Shown: piece after piece, positions 27,501-42,500 of the stretch
Layout of the letters: every line of letters begins with the position of its first letter
How positions within the stretch are numbered: the first letter of the stretch is position 1
From: Laetmonice hystrix
Lineage: Eukaryota
Direction of reading: 5' to 3'
Assembly (NCBI GenBank): GCA_965235115.1
Contig: OZ249436.1
Location: 44,084,001 to 44,148,000 of the forward strand
Length of the DNA: 64,000 nucleotides
Notes under the pieces: generated by a model
Told to the model about the DNA's origin: nothing
The model's input: the letters and a program-made list of their open reading frames with translations, nothing else
The model's database searches: none
Program-made: the position numbers and the translations under genes

Positions 27501-30500
27501 CTTATTGATTACTTATTGATTACTTATTGATTACTTATTGATTACTTATTGATTACTTATTGATTACTTGATTACTTATTAATTACTATTGATTACTTAT
27601 TGATTAATTGATTACTTATTGATTACTTATTGATTACTTATTGATTACTTATTGATTACTTATTGATTACTTATTGATTACTTATTGATTACTTATTGAT
27701 TACTTATTGATTACTTATTGATTACTTATTGATTACTTATTGATTACTTAATGATTACTTAATGATTACTTAATGATTACTTATTGATTACTTATTGATT
27801 ACTTATTGATTACTTATTGATTACTTATTGATTACTTATTGATTACTTATTGATTACTTATTGATTACTTATTGATTACTTATTGATTACTTATTGATTA
27901 CTTATTGATTACTTATTGATTACTTAATGATTACTTAATGATTACTTATTGATTACTTATTGATTACTTAATGATTACTTATTGATTACTTATTGATTAC
28001 TTATTGATTACTTGATTACTTATTGATTACTTATTGATTACTTATTGATGAATCTATAACCCACTCGTCCGACTCGTAGCATGGATATGGCATCTGTTGA
28101 ATGCTGACGGTAGGGTAGGTCGCCGTCCCGCCTGTCTGTAGCGCGATAATCGCTCGCTCCACCATGTCCTGCATGGGCAGGAAGCCGCGCAGGTAGCGAA
28201 GGTCCGCCGCGAAGTTCGCCTGCGGTCCGGGCTTGTAGAGCCTGCAATCAACCCGGTCAGTCGTCAGAACGGAGAAATTATTTAATTTGGTAACAAGGTA
28301 CGATGAAGGCGGTGATAGCGGGACCTATGGCGCGCAGTGGTGGCAGTGGGGGTGGGGCGGGTTGGGGGGGGGGGGGGGGGGGTTGGCAAATTGAGGAATC
28401 TCCCAAAGAAATTTGGCCCCTCCAAGTATATTGTTCCATAAGACTGTAGGGCATATAACATAACCAGGTGCTACATCTTGCCTTCCTACTAATTTTATTC
28501 TTGGCCCCATTTTGCCGTCCTGAATTTTAAGCCGTGCGCTGCCACTGTTCAAAACAATGGTTAACAGGGTAAATAAGCGAGAGCAAAGTTCTGACGGCAG
28601 GTTGGAGAAATACTGAGGAAAGAAAAAGAAAGTTTTAGTCGTTGTTAACAAAACACAAAGAGACTACACGAAATAACGCCTCAAACAAAACATGATCGTC
28701 TAATCGACTTGACGTGGGTCATCATTTCACGGACACCAAGAACACACAGAACATCTACATGGAACATTTTAACACCAAGAACATACAGAACACCTAGATG
28801 GAACATTTTAACACCAAGAACACCTACATGGAACATTTTAACACCAAGAACATACAGAACACCTACATGGAACATTTTAACACCAAGAACACCTACATGG
28901 AACATTTTAACATTTAGAGAGAAAATCTTAAATCACATACCGAGAGTCTAACAACCGGCCAAAGTAATGGATGGCCTTGTAACAGAAAATGTATTAAAAT
29001 AGTACAATGGGCGACTCATTGTAAAATCTTGTTCCGCATGGTGGCTCCAACAACGTAACAAAGATAGGACGACGAAATACCAAGCCGTGTTATGGTAAAT
29101 TACCGTGTGTAGAACTTCCTAAACTTGTAGAACCTTTAAATGTTAATATTTCATAATAATTACAGCTACAGCATCTTTGTACAGCTTAGAACTTCGTAGT
29201 CCAAACCAATGTTAATGTGCTACAGCAGGGACCGGCACGTTAGTGCTGCCGTAGTCCTATCCAAACCAATGTACATGTGCTACAGCAGGGACCGGCACGT
29301 TAGTGCTGCCGCCACGCGGATCTTCCTGCAATGCCGTTGCGCATGCGTCTCGAGTTTGCCAATATTTGTTTCGTTTTGGGGGATACATGCACTACTCAGA
29401 TATTAAAACGCCTAGACTACATTGTACTCAGCTAAATCCCTACCTAGTGGAACCTACGTACTTGGAGGTTGAAGCAGAGGTCATTCAGTGCAGGAGATCA
29501 ACTAAATACATTTCTGAGGAAGGACCATGAAGGACCATTGTGACGTCAGATCTTGATGGCCGAGATTATTATTGATTACTTTAAGACCATTTGTAATTAA
29601 TCATGTTTGACTGGAGGAAATCTATCTAATAATAGACCTGCGTCACACGAAAGTCAAGTAAAAAGTCACCTGTCCTTTCCACCAGATTTAAACCCAGAGA
29701 CACCAATACTGAATACATGCACGAAACACCGATTAGATTTGAGATGTCCAAGATGTCGATGTTATTTCCGGAATTAGATGGGGTTGTGAACTTTTAGACT
29801 GCGAAAAGGTGAGAACTTTTAGACGGCGAATAGACGGCGAAAAGGTGTCCTTGATGACCATCTGTGACGTCATAAAGACATATTTAAGCCAGCTGAACTA
29901 TAGTACTAAAGCCGGTCTAAGATCTATTAAATACCATGGCACACAGTTGTTTTTTTCTCAGGACATTACCCGTCATTTCCCTTTGGAATAGTTGCATCCA
30001 AGTTTGCGCTGAGCCTGGAATGAAGGGTTAATGATGAGATAATCACAGATGACCTAGTTACATATAATTAGTGAAGGCGGTACCCAGGGGCCACTATCCC
30101 GCATGGCGTTTTCAAGCTTAGCACAATGCCACAACAACTTTCTGACGTCTACCGACGTATTAAAAACATGCACGTTTCCATAACAACCAGCAAATTTATT
30201 GTCCTTTTTCTGCCAAAACATGACAGCTCTCATGTTTTTAGAGATAAAACATATGACAAGTCAGCCCTTTGTGCCTAATTAGGCCCGCACCGCAAGGTTA
30301 AAAAGTACAACCTTGTTTATCTTTTCGTCTTGCTGTCTCCGACACCAAATTCCAGAATTGGATGAAAATACTAAACTTTTGTATTATCTCTATGCAAATA
30401 TCCACCATTCGACAAATATGGGAGCCAAACACGGAGGAAGGGGGGTGTAAAGGAGTTTACTCCCCCCATGCAACCAATATTTTTTTTTCTCCATAGAACT

Positions 30501-33500
30501 TTCTGTATTGACCATAGTAACTACCATCCTAAGCAAATTCTCCCCCATAAACCCCCTTACCAATCCTGGATATCATTCCGTATATTTCGGGAATAATTTT
30601 GTTTTCTTTAGAAGATATCGATGTCAAAATCCGCTGGTTTATTAACAGTCGTGTATAGTTTGTATTTGGTGCTCATAGCAAACTATAAAGTCTTGATACA
30701 CATCTATAGATTGTAAATAATGTGATGCCTTTTCTGGAAAAGCTGGAACCAAAACATTGATGAATAAGAAAAATGCATTGAGTTGAGGTGCGCAAAAACC
30801 AGCTAGGCTTTTCTGACTGAAACCATGCCGTGTACGGAGGCGGACAAAGTGAACCTAAATTATGTGAGAATACGGTGGCAAAGTCGGAATAAATTTATGC
30901 GAGGAAGGACACAGATACAGGACATTACCCATCATTTTTCTTCGGTATCTTTTTGTCCATAACCGCACTAACACTGAAATGAATCGAAGAGATTAGGTCT
31001 ATCTAAGGTCCTTGTCTTCTCACCATCCAACCACACCTAACATATCCGACACTAGTGTTGTATACAATAATTAAACGAAAGCTAATATCTGCTTCAACGA
31101 TATCCTCACCCTCTGAATCGCCAGGGGTTGTTACGTCGTTCGCAAAATAATTATCCTTCCGGAAATTTGCGCTGGAGTTCATTTTTGGCATCAGAAATGG
31201 GGGAGCAGATATTGCAATCTCAACGTTATCAACACTTCAGCAGTATAATGCAGAAATCTGAGTATACATACCTATCCTTGACCTTGTTAGTTGCTGGTAC
31301 ATTATCCGTGTCCATTCGTATCTTGTACTTGACGTGTTTAGGCAGCCAATCCCGGGGCCAAACGTACGTGGTTACGGGGGACATTGACGTGTTGTCAACT
31401 GCACGTCGCTGACGGTGGCGCCCCCTGACGGCGGGGGCCTCGTCCAAGTTGAGGAAGACGATGCCTGAATTAACGGAATCCGTCAAAATCCGTCAAACAT
31501 CCAAGTAACACTGGTGATCTGACTATCCCGGCTTGTGTACCTCTCTACAGGTTCTACACGTGTACGGCAACCTGACTTGGGCGGACAGTTACTCGGCCTC
31601 GAACGACTTGGCCTTTGATTATTACATAGGGGCCTAACATTATTATTATAACAATGGCATTATGCACTGATCAATAGACGCTTCGTAATATGTCAGGTTG
31701 TTTTGTTTTGTTCTTTCCCTGTTGTTTCTTCTATGGAAAAAATATTTCTCTCTGTCTCTCCTTCCCTCTGTCTGTCTGTCTGTCTGTCGGTGTGTCTGTC
31801 TGTCTGTCTGTCTCTCTATCTCTCTGTCTCTCCTTCCCTCTGTCTGTCTGTCTCTCTATCTCTGTCTATATCTCTCTCGCTGTCTTTCTCCCTCTCTCTG
31901 TCTCTCTATCTGTCTGTCTCTCCATCTCTGTCGCTCTCTTTCTCCCTCTCTCTCTCCGTCTCTCTCTCCCTGTCTTTCTTCCTCTCTGCCTCTCTTTCCC
32001 TCTGCCTGCCTGTCTGTCAGTCTCTCTCTCTCTCCGTCTCTCTCTCCCTGTCTTTCTCCCTCTCTGTCTCTCTTTCCCTCTCTCTCCCGTTACGTACCTG
32101 CCAGAAGGTTGTTGTTCTCGACCAGTTCCGAGGCCACCTCCTCCAGTTTTTGTTCAGTCGGTACGGGCCGGAGTTTGAGGTCGAAGCACCCCGTCAGGTT
32201 GTGTACAAGTGCCGCTAGGGCAGATAGAGGTCGAAGATCAGTGGACGCCAGTGTGTCCAGACCTGATAGGATCTCCAACAGTTCATCACCTCGCATCCCA
32301 ACCATCTGCTGGATGGCGTTACTGACAAACGGGTTCTTCATACTCTCCTGTGTCGAGGTCAAAGGTTCAAAGGTTGTATCAACGATGCGTGTTATTTCTA
32401 TCGTTAATTTTTGAATTTTTGAAAGCGCTGTTTTTGCCGAACACTTTTCTCGTGTAAAGTGGGGAAGGAAAGTTTAAGATGTTGGCGGACTGTTCTCTCA
32501 TTAAGACTGGCTGATTGGTCTTACACTGAGACCGGCGGACTGTTCTAGCATTGAGACTGGCTGATTGGTCTTACACTGGGACTGGCGGACTGTTCTAGCA
32601 TTGAGACTGGCTGATTGGTCTTACACTGAGACTGGCGGACTGTTCTATCATTAAGACTGGCTGATTGAGTCTTACATTGAGACTGGCGGACTGTTCTAAC
32701 ATTGAGACTGGCTGATTGATCTTACATTGAGACTGGCGGACTGTTCTATCATTGAGACTGGCTGATTGGTCTTACATTAAGACTGGCGGACTGTTCTATC
32801 ATTGAGACTGACTGATTGGTCTTACATTGAGACTGGCGGACTGTTCTAGCATTGAGACTGGCTGATTGATCTTACATTGAGACTGGAATGACTGGCTGAC
32901 TGGTTGGCGAAATCGTTAAAAATTTTGGTTCCATTCATCCACACGGCGCTCACTCTGCGCACATCATCGATCGTCGTCAGTAGCCAGGCTCCCTACAGAA
33001 ACATTATTACTATCAGTAAGTTCATGTTCTATATCCCGCAAATACATATAATTAATTAATTTGTAGTCAGATGAACATTTGTAACATTCCATCAATGAGA
33101 TGGTGTCCAAGAAAGAAGTAAACAAAGAAACAGATGAACAAACAAAAATAAATAAAAAAACAAATAGATGAATGAATGAATGAACAAATAAAGTTGAGTG
33201 GAGATATTGTCGTACCTTGTCCATGATGGCCCGACTGATTGGTGTGTCCGGAGTGTACAGTATGGTTCCCATCACGAGTGGTTTCAGGAAACTCCACGCA
33301 ATGCTTCCTGTGGGGCCTGAACCATGGATCTGTTTGTATACGTCTCGACAGAAATCGGCTGGAAACATAGGGATTGAGACCATTACATTATCATTTCATT
33401 CTATCCTTCCATATCTAATAGAAAAACATTTCCTGATCGAGAATATCTACAGAAATCGGCTGGAAACAAATGGATTGAGACAATACCACCATCACATTAT

Positions 33501-36500
33501 CATTTCATTCAATCCTTCCATATCTAATAGAAAAACATTCAAATTTCCTGAGCGAAAGTATAGGTTTATTCTGAGGACCTTATCACAAAACCATTCTTAC
33601 ATTTGAGTTCCGCCATCTCTCGCTCCTGATGGTCGGACCACACCGGTTTCTTCGATCTCTTGATGTTCGAGTCGGGGTTCAAGTTGAAATCGTCCTTGAT
33701 TTCAAATGCGGCACTTCTACCACACAACACCCTGCTCAGTGTTCCCATAGAAACTTTCAATGCTACAACAAACGAAAGGTCACTCAGGTCATGGAAAGAC
33801 TCAATGCAGCATGCTACAACAAACGAAAGGTCACCCAGGTCCTGGAAAGACTCAATGCTACAACAAACGAAAGGTCACTCAGGTCATAGAAAGACGCAAT
33901 GCTACAACAAACGAAAGGTCACTCAGGTCATGGAAAGACTCAATGCTACAACAAACGAAAGGTCACTCAGGTCATGGAAAGACTCAATGCTACAACAAAC
34001 GAAAGGTCACTCGGGTCATGGAAAGACTTAAGGCTACAACAAACGAAAGGTCACTCAGGTCAGAGAAAGACTCAATGCTACAACAAACGAAAGGTCACTC
34101 TGGTCATGGAAAGACTTAAGGCTACAACAAACGAAAGGTCACTCAGGCCATGGAAAGACTCAATGCCACAACAAACGAAAGGTCACTCTGGTCATGGAAA
34201 GACTTAAAGGGAGTCGTAAAATTCATTTTTTCGATTTATGGCAGTCTTAGAAACATATGATTCGCATACCTTGGACTCCCAGTAACATCATGTGAGACCG
34301 TTATGGCCCAGCGTCCAGTATTTAGTAAGGAAAATATGCCAAATCTCTCGCAAATACGTAGCTCAGAATTAGCGAGCGGCCAACAGGATATTTGAGTTGG
34401 CCGCGGTCGGGCGATGATGACGCGTGATCACGTGACTTCCGGGAGTGGAAGGGAATCTCCCTCTAGTCTAGCGTTGACCTAAATACCGCATGTACACCCG
34501 AAAGTCACGTGATCACGCGTCATCATCGCCCGACCGCGGCCAACTCAAATATCCTGTGGGCCGCTCGCTAATTCTGAGCTACGTATTTGCGAGAGATTTG
34601 GCATATTTTCCTTACTAAATACTGGTCGCTGGGCCATAACGGTCTCACATGATGTTACTGGGAGTCCAAGGTATGCGAATCATATGTTTTTAAGACTGCC
34701 ATAAATCGAAAAAAATGAATTTTACGGCTCCCTTTAAGGCTACAACAAACGAAAGGTCACTCGGGTCATGGAAAGACTTAAGGCTACAACAAACGAAAGG
34801 TCACTCGGGTCATGGAAAGACTCAATGCTACAACAAACAAAAGGTCACTCAGGTCATAGAAAGACGCAATGCTACAACAAACGAAAGGTAACTCGGGCCA
34901 TGGAAAGACTCAATGCTACAACAAACGAAAGGTCACTCGGGCCATGGAAAGACTCAATGCTACAACAGACGAAAGGTCACTCGGGCCATGGAAAGACTCA
35001 ATGCTACAACAAACGAAAGGTCACTCAGGTCAGAGAAAGACTCAATGCTACAACAAACGAAAGGTCACTCTGTTCATTGGTTGGTAGCGTGTAACTAACG
35101 GTAGTTTATCAGAAGATTTATCCTGGTTTGTATTAGGCCTTTTCAAATGACAAATTTAACCTCACCGAGAGACACAAGAAATATGACAGACATACATTTT
35201 TCCAGTTGTTTGCTCGACTGCGCGTTGACCGTCACGTCCATTTCTGACGTCACATTGACGAGTGACAGAGACAGAGTCTTGAATGTGTTCTTAACCGGTT
35301 CGAACTGGATGATCATGTTTCGGATCTCAGACCGCGTCACGTTCGCTTCAGTCAGAAACTGGTCCGGGCTGAGGTCGATAAACTGGAAGGAAAATTATAA
35401 TGTGGGTACGGGGACTAGCAATCAGGGGAGTTCTTTGGTGACCAAAGTTTACACGACACATCACTTCACTGACTATAAGTAGCCTATTGAAACATACGGT
35501 AAAGGTGTTAAAATCGAAATGTCTTTATTTTTGTTTTTTGTTCTTGTTTTTTACCAGGTTCGAAACTTTAAACGCTTATAATACAATGTATGATTTGACG
35601 GGTAAGGGGCGATACTATTGACAGGCGACAGGTACAGCATGTAACTACCCAAATTTCTATCAGCCACACCCAAAATCTTATCAAATAACAATGCTTCCAT
35701 GAAATTCATTCAAGCTGAACACAAATTTTCTATATTTTTAGTAATTCCCCTTGAATCATCTCTTATAAACATTAGACTTACGGGCCTCGGTGCCCGGCGG
35801 CTGTAGTCACTCTACCCCACTCCTGTGACGCCCTTGACACTTTACCTCCAATTATGTTATGTTTCATCATGTTACCCCTGTTTACATCCATTATCCTGAC
35901 GCTTGTAGTGACATAGACCTGACGCTTATGGTCACATAGACCTGACGCTTGTGGTCACAAAGACTTGACACTTGTGGTCACAGATAGGTAAGCAAGCCCT
36001 CCCCCCGCCACCATTACCTAAGTTTGTGACCCCAAACTAACCCGTTTCCTGGCTCGTCCTTCCGGGTGTTCTACATTCCCGGTTTCCGTACCCACACACA
36101 CACACACAAGACCCTTTGTACTTTCCCTGACACTACTCTTCAACTCCTTGTGTTAATGTCATCAGTGTCACCACCTGCCACCGATCCTCGACCCGTCCAA
36201 CCACAGAGTTACACAACGACCCGAACACTAACAAAACGACGACTTCCTCTTATATGTGACACAAGGCCAATAATCGTTTAATGCCCTTGATTTCCTGTCT
36301 AATAAAATGTTTTATTCATGATATCGTTCAAACAAAAGTTAAATGTTAAGTTATTAGATACGTTTATAGGTCGCGGTGTCATCGGTATATATTCCGTCTT
36401 ACATGTATTCATGCTCTAATTACGTTTGGCAACATTCTAATGTTAAAATAGGCCAATTTTAATAGGATTAATTTAAGGTAATTGGTAAATATGCTTAAAA

Positions 36501-39500
36501 ACGCTCTTTATATTCCATTAGTTCTAAAATAAAGTCATTCCAAGGAATCCAGTTATGTTATTTCTTCTCTTCTGATTTAGAACTACTCGTGACGATATCT
36601 TCTATTATTTTATAGATGATAATATTTTCATGTGATGGAAGCGACAGTTGCCGAAAATAAACTTCTCTGTTTTGATTTCACGTTTACATGCGTATTTTCT
36701 TGTTTTGATCTGTTATGAGACATCGATATGTAACGAGAGACAGCTCTTACAAAAAGTTAGTCACAAATCTGGCAGGCTAGTTTTTACGAGTCATCATTCA
36801 AACGTTGTAGTGGTGCCTTCCATGAGCACTAGGTGTCGCCACCAGCACAATTGGTCCCTGGGCGTGGTCGGTCCCGGGTGTTGAACATTTCTCCTGAATA
36901 CCTGACTGTCGTCGGTTAGTTAAGATCAAAGTTTACACACGTCTCTGACCTAGTGCCCTGTTTGAAACCAACTGTACACAACAGTCTGCCATTACAGACT
37001 GAAGGCCCCCAGGATGATGGATGACGTACTCCGTCTGGCCAAGTATACAAAACATCGCCCGTCATCACTTCAACTCCAGGAAACGTGGTCGAAAGTAAAG
37101 ATCCACAGCCCTGACCTGATCCGTGCCTGGGGGAGGGGGGGGGTGTGTGTCTGTAACCCCCCCCCCCCCATGCCAAAGATTTCTTTCTTTTTAGGCTTTT
37201 AGTCCTAACTAATACTTGGATCCGTCCACTGTAACCCCCCTGCACCAATCTCTGGGCACGGCCCTGCTACACCTCCGAAAACATTTCCCTATCCCTATCC
37301 CTGACCCTAACCCGAAGTCCCGAACCCATGCCCAAATATTAGGGAAGTAATACCATGGGGGAACCCCCCCAAGTAGAGGGCTTCTCCTACAGCGACTGAT
37401 CGAGTCATGACTACAACCAAGTGTTGAAGATGTACATAGGCAGGGGCGTAGGAAAAGGGGGGCCAGGGGGCCATGCCCCCCCCCCCACACTTTGAAATGA
37501 GGGGGGGGGGACAGAGTATCTTCTGCCCCCCCCTCCACACTTTTTCCTTCCCCTTTACTTTTGCCATTGGAAGTCTATGGAGAAGGAGGGTATTTTCTCA
37601 CATTTCAGACCTTATTTTGTGCTCTAAAATGCACCAAATGTCACCAAATTACACTATAAATTTCAAATTTTTCGGGGGGGCATGCCCCAGGACCCCCCTG
37701 GCATGGCTTCGCGCCTTCGGCGCTCGCCCAGTCCCCCGCCAAACTGTAATCCCCCTCGAAATATCCTGCGCATGGCCCTGTCCCCCCCCACTTTTAAAGT
37801 GCTTCCTACGCCTCTGATAGGGGAAGCGGGCCAAGTCTTTTTTTTTTGCGAAATATTCTCTTCCCTCTTTAATTCGTAGAATGTTTATCTTCAGAGTATA
37901 CAACATACTGTCGCTATGATATAGATCTACCCACGCTCACGACCGAGCCCAGGGGACCAGGTAAATGGGGACACCGCTTGCTGAACTCGGCCTATTTCTT
38001 TTGGCTATACGGAGGATTTCCGCGTGACACTAGCCTAACCGGTGGTTGATACAAAGACAAACACCCAGCGTAAGTTTAAATAAAGGAATATCACTGCTTG
38101 ACGCCCCTCTTCGATAGGCCTAGGCCTACTTTATGTCACTGGTGTAGTAAGCTAACGAGTGAGGTGGCGCGCATGTTCCTATTTGGGCCGTGAGTCTGTG
38201 AGAGTGCTTTCCTCGAACGAACGAAGACTGCCGAAATGACTCGAGTGTGATTGTGTGTGTAACTGACCCCCCCCCCCCCAATACTCTCCCATTGTGTGAG
38301 TGACCCCCATCCGGGTGTGTAACTGACCCTCCCCAATACTCTCCCATTGTGTGAGTGACCCCATTCCCCGGGTGTGTAACTGACCCTCCCCAATACTCTC
38401 CCATTGTGTGAGTGACCCCCACTCTCCGGGTGTGTAACTGACCCTCCCCAATACTCTCCCATTGTGTGAGTGACCCCATTCCCCGGGTGTGTAACTGACC
38501 CTCCCCATACTCTCCTATTGTGTGCGTGACCCCCATCCGGGTATGTAACTGACCCTCCCCAATACTCTCCCACTGTGTGAGTGACCCCCATTCTCCGGCT
38601 GTGTAACTGACCCTCCCCAATACTCTCCCATTGTGTGAGTGACCCCATTCCCCGGGTGTGTAACTGACCCTCCCCAATACTCTCCCATTGTGTGAGTGAC
38701 CCCCATCCGGGTATGTAACTGACCCTCCCCAATACTCTCCCACTGTGTGAGTGACCCCCATTCTCCGGCTGTGTAACTGACCCTCCCCAATACTCTCCCA
38801 TTGTGTGAGTGACCCCATTCCCCGGGTGTGTAACTGACCCTCCCCAATACTCTCCCATTGTGTGAGTGACCCCATTCCCCGGGTGTGTAACTGACCCTCC
38901 CCAATACTCTCCCACTGTGTGAGTGACCCCCATTCTCCGGCTGTGTAACTGACCCTCCCCAATACTCTCCCACTGTGTGAGTGACCCCCATTCTCCGGGT
39001 GTGTAACTGACCCCTCCCCAATACTCTCCCATTGTGTGAGTGACCCCCATTCTCCGGGTGTGTAACTGACCCTCCCCAATACTCTCCCATTGTGTAAGTG
39101 ACCCCATTCTCCGGGTGTGTAACTGACCCTCCCCAATACTCTCCCATTGTGTGAGTGACCCCCATCCGGGTGTGTAACTGACCCTCCCCAATACTCTCCC
39201 ATTGTGTGACTGACCCCCATTCCCCGGGTGTGTAACTGACCCTCCCCAATACTCTCCCATTGTGTGAGTGACCCCTACTCTCCGGGTGTGTAACTGACCC
39301 TCCCCAATACTCTCCCATTGTGTGAGTGACCCCATTCCCCGGGTGTGTAACTGGCCCTCCCCAATACTCTCCCATTGTGTGAGTGACCCCATTCCCCGGG
39401 TGTGTAACTGACCCTCCCCATACTCTCCCATTGTGTGCGTGACCCCCACTCTCCGGGTGTGTAACTGACCCTCCCCAATACTCTCCCATTGTGTGCGTGA

Positions 39501-42500
39501 CCCCCACTCTCCGGGTGTGTAACTGACCCTCCCCAATACTCTCCCATTGTGTGAGTGACCCCCATCCGGGTGTGTAACTGACCCTCCCCAATACTCTCCC
39601 ATTGTGTGACTGACCCCCATTCCCCGGGTGTGTAACTGACCCTCCCCAATACTCTCTCATTGTGTGAGTGACTCCCACTCTCCGGGTGTGTAACTGACCC
39701 TCCCCAATACTCTCCCATTGTGTGAGTGACCCCATTCCCCGGGTGTGTAAGTGACCCTCCCCAATACTCTCTCATTGTGTGAGTGACCCCCATCCGGGTA
39801 TGTAACTGACCCTCCCCAATACTCTCCCATTGTGTGAGTGACCCCATTCCCCGGGTGTGTAAGTGACCCTCCCCAATACTCTCTCATTGTGTGAGTGACC
39901 CCACTCTCCGGGTGTGTAACTGACCCCTCCCCAATACTCTCCCATTGTGTGAGTGACCCCCATTCCCCGGGTGTGTAACTGACCCCCCCCCTCATATTTT
40001 CCCATTGTGTGAGTGACCCCCCCCCCCCGCCCCGAGTGTGTGACTGACCCTCTTGAGTAGTTCGCCGATATCCAGACTGTGAAGCAGAGCATCAGCCACC
40101 GTCCTGCCTTTCTCTCGGTCTAGACCACACATAGCCTTAGACAGGTCCTCGATGGTCAGACTCGAGTTTTCTGCTAGTTGTAGTATCCCTCCCAGTCTGG
40201 TCGGATCACACAACAATCCAGGCAGATCTTCCTCTCTCAACGCCAACATCTGATCAAATAATCAAACATTCTTAGGTTAAAAAAGGAATATTAATTGTCC
40301 ATGAATGCACTGGGGGATCCAGGGGGCCAGGAGGCGGCCCCCCTTAGATTTTCCTCTTTTTTGAAGATGTTATGACTATATTTGAATAATATATAGTATT
40401 TGAATAAAATAAAACATTTAGAAGTGTGTTGATAGCAAATATGGGTGTGTGTGTAATACAGCAATTAGTCTGATCTAATTCTGCCTAACGTAGCGGCCCC
40501 CCCCCCTTACCAAAATCCTGTATCCCCCACTGGAATGTTACCAGAATTATCTATGTATCGTGTCAATATATATTTTAAGGCAATGTACTGATCATGAGAA
40601 ACATTATAAGAGTAGGAAAACTCTAAATAATGACGTCACAGCCACGCGATAATTAAACACACTATCTAATTAGTAGCAGCTGGAATGAAGTTGGACCTGA
40701 AAAATCAAAGACGCTAGTCACAAGACGGCAGAAAACGGCGCGCTCAAAATAAACAGCGACACCTACCTTCATAAACGAGAAACTTGAGTCCAGTAATGCC
40801 TCAGCGACACCTGGCGATAATCTTGTAATGTTTACGATAACTGTGTTCAGAGTGTCTGCCGTTTTCACTACGTCTTTCAGGTCCACTAAAACAAGATTTT
40901 AAAAAGATATTTTTGTAGATTCATTGTAAATAATAGTCAACATGAAATACGGTCCCTACCTATTCATAAATATAGGAAAAATTACTATAGTTTATGTGAC
41001 AGGGTCCGATAGGTATACATGTAGGTGACTCCACTGAAGAACAGTTTCTGTAGCTAGGTGACTCACCACTGGTGAACAGTTTCTGTAGCTAGGTGACTCA
41101 CCACTGGTGAACAGTTTCTGTGATAGGGTAGCTAGGTGACTCACCACTGATGAACAGTTTCTGTGATAGGGTAGCTAGGTGATTCACCACTGGTGAACAG
41201 TTTCTGTGATAGGGTAGCTAGGTGACTCACCACTGATGAACAGTTTCTGTGATAGGGTAGCTAGGTGACTCACCACTGGTGAACAGTTTCTGTGATAGGG
41301 TAGCTAGGTGACTCACCACTGATGAACAGTTTCTGTAGCTAGGTGACTCACCACTGATGAACAGTTTCTGTGATAGGGTAGCTAGGTGACTTACCACTGA
41401 TGAACAGTTTCTGTGATAGGGTAGCTAGGTGACTCACCACTGATGAACAGTTTCTGTGATAGTGTAGCTAGGTGACTCACCACTGATGAACAGTTTCTGT
41501 GATAGGGTAGCTAGGTGACTCACCACTGATGAACAGTTTCTGTAGCTAGGTGACTTAACCACTGATGAACAGTTTCTGTGATAGTGTAGCTAGGTGACTC
41601 ACCACTGATGAACAGTTTCTGTGATAGGGTAGCTAGGTGACTCACCACTGATGAACAGTTTCTGTGATAGGGTAGCTAGGTGACTCACCACTGATGAACA
41701 GTTTCTGTGATAGGGTAGCTAGGTGACTCACCACTGATGAACAGTTTCTGTGATAGGGTAGCTAGGTGACTCACCACTGATGAACAGTTTCTGTGATAGG
41801 GTAGCTAGGTGACTCACCACTGATGAACAGTTTCTGTGATAGGGTAGCTAGGTGACTCACCACTGATGAACAGTTTCTGTGATAGGGTAGCTAGGTGACT
41901 CACCACTGATGAACAGTTTCTGTGATAGGGTAGCTAGGTGACTTAACCACTGATGAACAGTTTCTGTGATAGGGTAGCTAGGTGACTCACCACTGATGAA
42001 CAGTTTCTGTGATAGGGTAGCTAGGTGACTCACCACTGATGAACAGTTTCTGTGATAGTGTAGCTAGGTGACTCACCACTGATGAACAGTTTCTGTGATA
42101 GTGTAGCTAGGTGACTCACCACTGATGAACAGTTTCTGTGATAGTGTAGCTAGGTGACTCACCACTGATGAACAGTTTCTGTGATAGGGTAGCTAGGTGA
42201 CTCACCACTGATGAACAGTTTCTGTGATAGGATGTTCAGTCCCCGTGTTCCCTCCACGATAGTTTGGAGATCATCAAACAGAGCGTCCAGTTTGGGATCA
42301 TTGACTCCCTCTCCTAACTTGTTTATCAAGTAAATAACGCTGCAAAAAATCAAGCAGAAGAAATAAGTAGAACAAAGCGCCAGTCACGCCTCCTGGGGAT
42401 AGGGGCGAAGATCGAGGGACCTCCTTTTGATGTCAGACTCCTGGGGGTAGGGGGGAAGAGGGACCTCCCTTTGTTATTTTTTCTCATGGAGTATCTGAAT

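Noticed and set aside
28242..31271. Possible nested gene or autonomous transposon in the larger unique introns (also 8001-12052 and 35383-38250)
   Set aside because: No ORF with recognisable transposase, reverse transcriptase or other domain motifs seen.
31690..32414. Leu/Ser-rich plus-strand ORFs
   Set aside because: CT microsatellite plus antisense of a real exon.
38126..40092. 364-494-aa Gly-rich ORFs
   Set aside because: All three frames of an approximately 56-bp repeat; artefact.
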